Assembly: GCA_965223545.1 (NCBI GenBank)
Contig: OZ245006.1
Location: 5,856,001-5,920,000, forward strand
Source of the DNA: Planctomycetota bacterium
Lineage (GTDB): Bacteria > Planctomycetota > UBA1135 > UBA2386
Length of the DNA: 64,000 bases
Direction of reading: 5' to 3'
Shown here: in pieces, positions 10,015-17,494 of the stretch
Numbering within the stretch: position 1 is the stretch's first letter
Layout: every line of letters begins with the position of its first letter
Notes under the pieces: model-generated
Told to the model about the DNA's origin: nothing
Seen by the model: the letters and a program-made list of their open reading frames with translations, nothing else
Database searches by the model: none
Translations under genes and position numbers: made by a program

Positions 10015-10901
10015 TCGCCGGCTTCCCCCGGGCGGCGCGCGGCGATCAGCGCGATGTAGCGTGCGGCGCCATCCGCGTACAGTTCTTCGAGTGCCATGCC
10101 GCCGCGAAACGCGTCGAGCACGCGCCGCGCCGCCGGCCACGGCAGCACGGCGCGGGCGCGGCGCAGTCGGTGGTCGGCGCGTTGCCGCGTGGCGGCCGGC
10201 CGTGCCGGCACCTGGGCACTGAGATCGATCTGCTCGCGTAGCGCGAACCCCGCGTCGTCCAAGGCGGACCGCCACTCGTCGACGCTGCGGAATGCCGGCG
10301 ATGACCACGCTGCCAGCAGCGATGCCGCCGCCGGCGCACGCTGTGCCGCGGCGTCGGTAGCCATGTCCTCGACCACGGCCAGCTGCCCGCCGGGGGCGAC
10401 GACGGCGGCGATCTCGCGCAACGTGGCGCCGAGATCGGTGGCGTGGAACAGGGCCTCGACCGAGACCGCGACGTGGAAGCCGGTGCCGACAGCGGCGTCG
10501 ATCGGTGACCCGAAGTGCCATTGCCGGAACGTGCAGCGATCGTCGAGTCGCAGGCCGGCGGCTTGCGCGCGGGCGCGGCGCAGCTGGAACTCGCTGGCGC
10601 CGAGGCCGACGAACTCGCCCTCGTGTCGCTGCGCCCAGTGCAACAGCGACGCGCCGAAGCCGCAGCCGACGTCGAGTACCCGCGGCGCCGGTCCCGGTCG
10701 CAGTTGCTGCCACAGCCAGTCGTGCATGCCGGCGGCCCCCGCCGCGGGTCCGTCGCCCGCCACCAGCCGCTTGTGCAGCTCGAGACCGCTGCCGACGCGC
10801 GCCCCGCGCAACCGCCGCCGCCACCATTCGAAGCGGGCCAGGCTGTCGTACAGGGCGTGCAGGGCCGGGTCCTCGCCGGCGCGGGTGGGTGGGGCGCTCA
10901 C
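10011..10901 (-). CDS. Class I SAM-dependent methyltransferase
   Basis: VLDVGCGFG motif I, SVEALFH, PGGQL; GTGA overlap. Confidence 0.85.
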   Translation of the reverse strand: MSAPPTRAGEDPALHALYDSLARFEWWRRRLRGARVGSGLELHKRLVAGDGPAAGAAGMHDWLWQQLRPGPAPRVLDVGCGFGASLLHWAQRHEGEFVGLGASEFQLRRARAQAAGLRLDDRCTFRQWHFGSPIDAAVGTGFHVAVSVEALFHATDLGATLREIAAVVAPGGQLAVVEDMATDAAAQRAPAAASLLAAWSSPAFRSVDEWRSALDDAGFALREQIDLSAQVPARPAATRQRADHRLRRARAVLPWPAARRVLDAFRGGMALEELYADGAARYIALIAARRPGEAGE

Positions 10902-11626
10902 GGCGAGGCGGCGTCCCGGCGCAGCAAGAAGATGAACTCCAGGGCGCTGCGCAGCGGCAAGATGCCGCGCGCGACCGGCTCCCCGCGTTCCGCGTCGGGC
11001 GCCCCGCGCCACGGCCGGAGCCAGCGCCGCAGGCGTTGCCGCAGCCACTGGTCGGGCAAGACGTCGTCGACCGAGAAGCCGCGTTCCTCGAACAGCGCCC
11101 GCCAGGTGTCGAGCGTGCCGGCGTCCTGGCCGCCGCGCACGTTCTGCCGGCGCAGCCCGCGGCGCCAGAGCCGCCAGCTGATGCTGTCGGCGTTGCGCAC
11201 CATGATGCAGGCGCGGCCGTCCGGCCGCAGCACGCGGCGGATCTCGCCGAGCGCGCGGCGCCGGTCGAGCACGCGTTCGAGCGAGCCGATGCAGGTCAGT
11301 CGGTCGACGCTGCTGCTCGGCAGCGGCAGCGCCTCGGCGTTGGCGCGCGCGAGGGCGGCGCGCGGTGCGCGCGCCCGTGCGAGCTCGAGCGCGGCGGGCG
11401 CGATGTCGATGCCGACCGCGGACAGCTGGCGCCGGTCGGCCGCCTCGAGCAGCAAGCCGGCGCCGCAGGCGACATCCAGCAGGCGGTGGCCGGGGCGGGC
11501 GTCGAGCAGCTGCAGATAGATGGGGTAGGCCGCCGGGGGGCGCAGGTAGCGCGCCCCGAGCCGCCGGTAGGTCGCGTCGAACCAACCGGCGATCTGCTGC
11601 TGGTCGATGGCGGGCGTATCGGGCAT
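10898..11626 (-). CDS. Class I SAM-dependent methyltransferase
   Basis: LLDVACGAG, GIDIA, AEALPLP, EIRRVLRPDG. Confidence 0.88.
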   Translation of the reverse strand: MPDTPAIDQQQIAGWFDATYRRLGARYLRPPAAYPIYLQLLDARPGHRLLDVACGAGLLLEAADRRQLSAVGIDIAPAALELARARAPRAALARANAEALPLPSSSVDRLTCIGSLERVLDRRRALGEIRRVLRPDGRACIMVRNADSISWRLWRRGLRRQNVRGGQDAGTLDTWRALFEERGFSVDDVLPDQWLRQRLRRWLRPWRGAPDAERGEPVARGILPLRSALEFIFLLRRDAASP

Positions 11627-11794
11627 CGGGCCGGTGGAACGGGACGCTTGCGCAGCGCGGCGGGCGGCGTAGCGCCGCTGCGGTCGGGGAGTCGGGGCGG
11701 GGGCGGGATTGGCGAAGGACCAGGGCGGGGTGGGAAATGGTACGCGATGCCACCCGGATTGGCGCGGCCAGGTACGCTTCTGGCGTAGGCGCTG

Positions 11795-12877
11795 ATGATG
11801 TGTACTCGAGTGCGGGAACCGGCACCGGCCGAGCTGTGGCCGGCGCTCCTGGCGATGCGCCGGTGGGCCCGCGCGGAGACCCCGGAACGTGCCGCGGTGG
11901 TCGAGCTGCGGCGCCTGGCCGGCGGATGGCAGTTCGGCCCGCGGTCCGGCGCCGGCGCCGCGGTCGAGCAGCGCATCGTCCTGCGCAGCGACGGCGCCCG
12001 TTGGTCGGCCGACGCCGCCGGCGGCACGCCGACGGCGGTGCTGCAGCTCGACGACGCCGGTGCTCCGCAATGGCAGGGTCCCGCGGCGGAAAGCGGGGCG
12101 GCCAACGGGCATGCCGCAGCCGACGATGTGCCGGCGTTCGTCCGGCTGTACGCGCCGCTGCTGCTCGGGCTGCGGCGCGCGACCGACCGCGGCGGAATCG
12201 CCGTCACCGGCCACCTCACCCAAACGCTCGACGGCCGCATCGCCTGCGCCAACGGCAGCTCGCAGTGGATCGGCAACGACGCCGATCTGCGCCACACCCA
12301 TCGCCTCCGCGCGCTGCACGACGCGATCTTGGTCGGTGGCCGCACCGTCGAACGCGATGATCCGCAGCTCACCGTGCGCCGGGTCGACGGCGAGGATCCG
12401 GTGCGCTGCGTGCTGAACGGCAGTGCCAGCACCCTGCGCGCGGGGCGTCCGTACCGCGTCTTCGACGGCCGGGGCGCCTTGGTGTTGTGTGCCGAGGGAG
12501 CGATCGATGACCGCGCGCTGCCCGCCGGAGCCGAAGTGCTCGCCCTGCCGGCCGACGCCGAGGGACGGCTCGATCCGGCGGCAGTCTGCGCCGCGCTGGT
12601 GCAGCGCGGGGTGCGCTCGTTGTTCGTCGAAGGCGGCGGGCGCACGCTGTCGGGCTTCCTGTCGGCGGCCCGGCTGGACGCGCTGCACGTGCACGTCGCG
12701 CCGATCGTGCTCGGCGCCGGCGTGCCGGGATTCACCTTGCCGGCGGTGGACGCCATCGGCGATGCAACGCGCTTGGCGCCCGACTGCTACTCGTTGGATG
12801 GCGAGCTGCTGCTCGCTTCGTTTCCCAGCACCGCGGCGCGGCGCGTCGCCGAGAACGTCGCAGAGGGCAGCGCATGA
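11795..12877 (+). CDS. RibD C-terminal (pyrimidine reductase / DHFR-fold) family protein without a deaminase domain
   Basis: QTLDGRIA, SQWI, HRLRALHDAILVGGRTVERDDPQLTVR, LFVEGGG. No HxE/PCxxC deaminase motifs. Confidence 0.88.
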   Translation: MMCTRVREPAPAELWPALLAMRRWARAETPERAAVVELRRLAGGWQFGPRSGAGAAVEQRIVLRSDGARWSADAAGGTPTAVLQLDDAGAPQWQGPAAESGAANGHAAADDVPAFVRLYAPLLLGLRRATDRGGIAVTGHLTQTLDGRIACANGSSQWIGNDADLRHTHRLRALHDAILVGGRTVERDDPQLTVRRVDGEDPVRCVLNGSASTLRAGRPYRVFDGRGALVLCAEGAIDDRALPAGAEVLALPADAEGRLDPAAVCAALVQRGVRSLFVEGGGRTLSGFLSAARLDALHVHVAPIVLGAGVPGFTLPAVDAIGDATRLAPDCYSLDGELLLASFPSTAARRVAENVAEGSA

Positions 12878-13866
12878 GCGACGGCGCGCATTCGGCCGAA
12901 GCGTACTGGGTCGTGCAACCGGGCCGGGGTGAGCTGCGCCCCGAACCGGTGGCGGCGCGGCCGGCGGCGGGCAGGAGCATCGTGGTCGCCACCGCGGGCG
13001 CGATCAGTCCGGGCACCGAGCGGCTCGTCGGGCTCGGCCGCGTGCCGCGCTCCGAGCAGAGCGCGATGGCGTGCCGCTACATGGCGGGCGACTTCTCGCT
13101 ACCGGTCAAGTACGGCTACTGCGTGGTCGGCGACGCGGTTGCGGGTGCGCTGGCGGGGCGGCGCGTGTTCGTCATGCACCCGCACCAGAGTGTGCTCGAG
13201 ATCGACGACCGCGACGCCTGGCCGCTGCCGGCGGAGCTCGAGCCGCGCCGCGCGGTGCTGATCCCCAACCTGGAGACCGCGCTCAACGCCGTCTGGGATG
13301 CCGCGCCGGGCGCGGACGAGCAGGCGCTGGTGGTCGGCGGCGGGGCGGTCGGTCTGCTGGTTGCCTACGCGTGGTGGCGCGAGACTGGCCGGCGCGCAGC
13401 GGTGGTCGAAACCGACGCGGCGCGCGCCGAGCGCGCGGCTGCGCTGCCGTTCGTCGCTTCCGTGTGCGGGCCCGAAGGCATCGAACGCGGTGGCGTGCCG
13501 TTGGCCTTCCACGCCAGCGGCACGGGCGCCGGGCTGCAGTGCGCCCTCGACGCCGTCGGCTTCGAAGGCCGCGTCATCGAGCTGTCGTGGTACGGGACCG
13601 AGCCGGTCACGCTGCGGCTCGGCGGTACGTTCCACTCGCAGCGCAAGCGGCTGATCGCCTCGCAGGTCGGCAGCATCGCCGCGCCGCGGCGCGCGACACA
13701 CGGCTTTGCCGACCGGTTGCGCGCGGTGGTCGCTCTGCTCGATGATGCCGCGCTCGATGTCCTGCTCGGCGCGGCAGTGGCGTTCGCCGACCTGCCCGCC
13801 GCGATGCAGGACGTCTACGCCGGGGGTTGTCGCGGACCGATCCCCGTCGTCGAGTACACCCGCTGA
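12874..13866 (+). CDS. MDR-family (zinc-binding alcohol dehydrogenase-like) oxidoreductase
   Basis: ISPGTE, PVKYGYCVVG, HPHQ, Rossmann VVGGGAVG, ELSWYG; ATGA overlap. Confidence 0.88.
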   Translation: MSDGAHSAEAYWVVQPGRGELRPEPVAARPAAGRSIVVATAGAISPGTERLVGLGRVPRSEQSAMACRYMAGDFSLPVKYGYCVVGDAVAGALAGRRVFVMHPHQSVLEIDDRDAWPLPAELEPRRAVLIPNLETALNAVWDAAPGADEQALVVGGGAVGLLVAYAWWRETGRRAAVVETDAARAERAAALPFVASVCGPEGIERGGVPLAFHASGTGAGLQCALDAVGFEGRVIELSWYGTEPVTLRLGGTFHSQRKRLIASQVGSIAAPRRATHGFADRLRAVVALLDDAALDVLLGAAVAFADLPAAMQDVYAGGCRGPIPVVEYTR

Positions 13867-13940
13867 CGGACCACGATGACGCCACACCCTTTGACAGCAC
13901 ACCCACGACCCGCGGCTGCGCGGGCCGGCTGAAGGAGAGC

Positions 13941-14981
13941 ATGCCCGTGCAATGCGTTCTGTTCTCACCGCCGGCGGCCAACCCGTACACCGGCGGACAT
14001 CTGTACAACCGGCGCGTGGTCGACGCGGTCGGTGACCGCGCGCGCCTGGACGCGCGCAGTGCGACGCCGGAGGAGCTCAACGCCCAGCTGCACGGCCTCG
14101 GCCGGGACAGCGCCGTGGTGCCGCTGCTCGACAGCTTGTACTTGCTCACTCTCGAGCCCGGTCAGCTGCGCCGCGCGGGATCGGCGATCCACCTGGTGCA
14201 CTACCTGCCCGATTGCGATCCGCGCTACGGCTGGGCCCAGCGCGCGGCGTGGCGGCCGCGCATCGACATGGTGCTGCGCGCCGCCGCCGGCTGCGTCGTC
14301 ACCAGCGACTACATGGCCGGCACCATCGGCGATCGCCTCGGCCGCCACCACGTGCGCGTCTGTCCGCCCGGGCTCGACCCGCAGCCCGTGAGCAACGGCG
14401 CGGTGCGCGATGGGCCGGTGCGCATCCTCACCGTCGCCAACCTGGAGCCGCGCAAAGGAGTGCGCGAGCTGCTGCGCTGTCTGGCGACGCTGCGCGACCT
14501 GGACTGGCACTGGGACGTCGTCGGCTGCCTGCAGACCGACCGCGACTACTCCGACGCAGTGCGCGACGACCTGCGCCGGCGCGGCATCGAGGAGCGCACG
14601 ACGCTGCACGGCGCGCTGCCGCCCGACGGCGTCCGCGGCCTGTTGGCACAGGCCGACGTGTTCGCCCTGCTGACCCGCTACGAGCCGTACGGCATGGTGT
14701 TCGCCGAGGCCGTCGGCGCGTCGGTGCCAGTGGTGTCGTACCGCAGCGGCGGCGTCACCGAGACCGTCGACCACGGGGTCACCGGCTTGTTGGCGCGCAC
14801 GCGCGACGACGAGACCGTGACCCAGCACCTGGCGGCGCTGATCCGGTCGGCGGAGCTGCGCGCGCAGATGCGCGCGGCGTGCGGGGTCGCGGCGCAACGG
14901 TTCCCGACCTGGCGCCAGTGTGGCCATCGGCTGCTCGAGGCCGTCGAGAAGCTGTTGGCAGTGCGGGGCGCGCAGGCGTGA
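13941..14981 (+). CDS. Glycosyltransferase family 4 (GT-B)
   Basis: RBS GAAGGAG; TGGHLYNRR, VANLEPRKG, EPYGMVFAEA (E-x7-E). Confidence 0.9.
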   Translation: MPVQCVLFSPPAANPYTGGHLYNRRVVDAVGDRARLDARSATPEELNAQLHGLGRDSAVVPLLDSLYLLTLEPGQLRRAGSAIHLVHYLPDCDPRYGWAQRAAWRPRIDMVLRAAAGCVVTSDYMAGTIGDRLGRHHVRVCPPGLDPQPVSNGAVRDGPVRILTVANLEPRKGVRELLRCLATLRDLDWHWDVVGCLQTDRDYSDAVRDDLRRRGIEERTTLHGALPPDGVRGLLAQADVFALLTRYEPYGMVFAEAVGASVPVVSYRSGGVTETVDHGVTGLLARTRDDETVTQHLAALIRSAELRAQMRAACGVAAQRFPTWRQCGHRLLEAVEKLLAVRGAQA

Positions 14982-15709
14982 AGGCCGAGGCCGCGACACC
15001 TCGCCATTGGCGGATCGCGCGCGAGATCTCCGGCTGGCTGACGCGCCGCGAGGCAGACTTCCTGTTCGACGCGGCCCGGGCGCTACCGGCCGGTGCGACG
15101 GTCGTCGAGATCGGCTCGTTCCTCGGCCGCTCTACAGTGTGCTTGGCGCTCGGGCTCGAGGCGGGCCGGGGCGGCCGGCTGGTCTCGGTCGATCCGCATA
15201 TCGGCTCGCCCAAGCACGAGCACCTGCTGCGCTGCGCCGACACCTTGCCGCCGTTTCGCAGAAACCTCCGCCGCGCCGGGGTCGAAGACCGCGTGCGGGT
15301 CCTGCACATGACGTCGGTCGACGCGGCCGCGCGGGTTGCCGAGCCGATCGACTTGTTGTTCGTCGATGGCGCCCACGAGCGCGACGCGGTCGCCGCCGAC
15401 GTCGGCGCGTGGCTGCCCAAGGTGCGGCCCGGCGGGGTGATCGCCTTTCACGACTCGTGGCACATGTCCGGCGTGCACCGGGTGACCGCGGGAAGCCTGT
15501 TGGCCGGGCGGCACCTGGCGCGGCCGCGTTTGGTCGACACGATCACCGCCGCCGAGGTGGTGGAGCGGGTGCCGAATACGCAGCGCCTGCGCAACACGGC
15601 GTTCGTCGTGCGGCGCGCCGCGCTGGGTTGGCTCGGCTTCCTCCGCCTGACCTACCGCGGCACCGTGCTGCGGCCGGTCGACGGTGAGGCGGACCTTCAC
15701 AGCAAGTAG
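14978..15709 (+). CDS. Class I SAM-dependent methyltransferase (Methyltransf_24-like)
   Basis: VVEIGSFLGRST, LFVDGAH, PGGVIAFHD; GTGA overlap. Confidence 0.85.
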   Translation: MKAEAATPRHWRIAREISGWLTRREADFLFDAARALPAGATVVEIGSFLGRSTVCLALGLEAGRGGRLVSVDPHIGSPKHEHLLRCADTLPPFRRNLRRAGVEDRVRVLHMTSVDAAARVAEPIDLLFVDGAHERDAVAADVGAWLPKVRPGGVIAFHDSWHMSGVHRVTAGSLLAGRHLARPRLVDTITAAEVVERVPNTQRLRNTAFVVRRAALGWLGFLRLTYRGTVLRPVDGEADLHSK

Positions 15710-16287
15710 CGCGGCACTCGGCGGCAGTAGTCCTCGTAGCGGTCGGCGAACCGGTCCCGCAAGAACGCTTCTTCGACGCGCACTCGATCGTGCATCTGCA
15801 GCGCGTAGATCAATGCGGCCGCACCGACAACGGCGCACGGGAACACGAGGAAGCTGCCGAGCATCACCGCGTGCAGGCCGACCAACGCGGGGTTGCGCGA
15901 GTGGGCGAACACGGACCCGGTGGCCAGCGCGCCCTGCGCGCGGCGCAGCGCGCGCACCGCCAGCAGGGTGAAGGCGCGGCCGCCGACCGCGGTGGCGGCG
16001 CCGGTCCAGGCGACGGCCGGGTGCTGTAGGCCGTCGATCGGCAGCAGGGCTCTGGTCCACTGCGGCTGCAGCGCCAGCACGGCGGGCAGGGCAAAGCCGG
16101 CGATGCTGACCGCGGTCGGCAGCGCGAAGCGCAGCAGCACGAAGCCGCGGCCGCGGCGCGCCGGCGTGCCCTCGTCGGGGGCATCACGCAGCAGGGCGGC
16201 CGTCGACGCCACGCTGGGCACTGGCAGCAGCCACATCTCCAGCAGGATCGTGGCGTAGCAGATCGCGATGACGTGTGCCGGAGTCAT
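15697..16287 (-). CDS. Isoprenylcysteine-carboxyl / phospholipid methyltransferase (ICMT/PEMT) family membrane protein
   Basis: TM helices; LATGSVFAHSRNP and VRVEEAFLRDRFADRYEDYCRRVPRYL. Confidence 0.85.
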   Translation of the reverse strand: MTPAHVIAICYATILLEMWLLPVPSVASTAALLRDAPDEGTPARRGRGFVLLRFALPTAVSIAGFALPAVLALQPQWTRALLPIDGLQHPAVAWTGAATAVGGRAFTLLAVRALRRAQGALATGSVFAHSRNPALVGLHAVMLGSFLVFPCAVVGAAALIYALQMHDRVRVEEAFLRDRFADRYEDYCRRVPRYLL

Positions 16288-17027
16288 CGCGGGGCCTGCT
16301 GCGGGCGGGCCCAGAGGTGGCGCAGATCGAGGCCGTAGGACAGCGCGAGCAGCGCCACCGCCAGCGCGGCTGCGGCGGTGGCCCAGGCGACCGGCAGTGG
16401 GGGCCACAGGGTGACCAGCTGCAGCACGACGACCGCGGCGCAGATGCGCTTGGCCCGCGTGTTGTCGCCGTCGATCGGCTTGGGGTCGTAGGCGAATCGA
16501 CCGCGGGCTGTCATCAGCAGCGTGAACAGGCACTTCACCGCCGCCAACAGCAGCACCCACGCCGGCGTGCGCGCGAACACCGTTGCCATCGCCGCCATCG
16601 CCAACATCGCCGCCTGGTCGGCCTCCATGTCGAGCAGTGCTCCCGCCGGGGAGCCGCCGCGGCGGCGCGCGACCCAGCCGTCGAGCAGATCGGCGGCCAG
16701 TGAGAGGGCGAGCAGCACGCACGCCGCCTTGCTGACGGTGCCGGCCTCGGCGGTCCAGAGCAGGACCGCGAGCAGCGCGGCAAAGCGCGCCAGGGTGACC
16801 CAGTCGGCGGCAGTGCGGCCGCCGCGCACGATCCAGACCAACGCGCCATAAGAAAGCAAGAGCCCCGCCGCGGTCAGCTGCAGCGTCGCGGCGGGGTAGT
16901 GCGCGCCCACCGCCGCGATCGCGGCCATCGCCGCGAGCCACAGCGCGCTCTGTGAGAGGACCCAAGCGCGCGACTGGTCGTCGGCAGCGGCCGCGCGATC
17001 GGGGGTCGGTGTGGCGTGGGTGGGCAA
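16284..17027 (-). CDS. CDP-alcohol phosphatidyltransferase family protein
   Basis: Complete signature DxxDGxxAR...GxxxDxxxD present as DLLDGWVARRRGGSPAGALLDMEAD; multiple TM helices. Confidence 0.9.
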   Translation of the reverse strand: MPTHATPTPDRAAAADDQSRAWVLSQSALWLAAMAAIAAVGAHYPAATLQLTAAGLLLSYGALVWIVRGGRTAADWVTLARFAALLAVLLWTAEAGTVSKAACVLLALSLAADLLDGWVARRRGGSPAGALLDMEADQAAMLAMAAMATVFARTPAWVLLLAAVKCLFTLLMTARGRFAYDPKPIDGDNTRAKRICAAVVVLQLVTLWPPLPVAWATAAAALAVALLALSYGLDLRHLWARPQQAPR

Positions 17028-17052
17028 GTGCTGGGACCGCTCGGTGGCTGGG

Positions 17053-17385
17053 TCAGAACGAGTGCTCGAACGGCAGCAAGGTGGCCTTGAACACCCCGGC
17101 GCGCACCGCGGGATCGGCTTCCATCACCCGCCTCGCGTCGGCCGCGTCGACCGCGCGGCTGTGCTCGACGCGTGCGTGCGGCGACAGAAAGCTGCGCAGG
17201 CCGGCGTCGGTGGTCCATGCCTTCCACACCGCGTTGCGCGCGGCGGGGACCGTCGTGGTGACGGTCAGCGGGGGGTTGGCAGTGTCGGTATGCGGCGCTT
17301 CGCCCTGCGCATGGGCATTGGCGGTGAGCAGGAGGGTCGTGGCGGCGAGCGTCGCGCGCCCGCTCAGGCGTCCAGTACCTGGCAT
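17053..17385 (-). pseudogene. Short exported SRPBCC(N-terminal)/YciI(C-terminal) chimera, probably an internally deleted gene
   Basis: Signal peptide; VWKAWTTDAGLRSF (SRPBCC/AHSA1 start) joined directly to ARRVMEADPAVRAGVF (YciI end) in 110 aa. Confidence 0.55.
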
Positions 17386-17494
17386 GTCGGCCAGAATGCC
17401 AACCCGCGCGGTTGGGCGAAAGCGGCTGGATGGCCGGGAACCGGACACTCGGGCCGGACGATCCCAGCGGCACGATCATTGCCCGGCATCCCGC

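Noticed and set aside
10011..12694. Apparent 600-aa methyltransferases in the ORF track
   Set aside because: The N-terminal extensions overlap neighbouring genes. Coupled or motif-consistent starts at 10901 and 11626 give normal sizes.
11795..12877. Calling this gene ribD of a riboflavin operon
   Set aside because: No deaminase domain and no ribA, ribE or ribH nearby; the context points to a different pathway.
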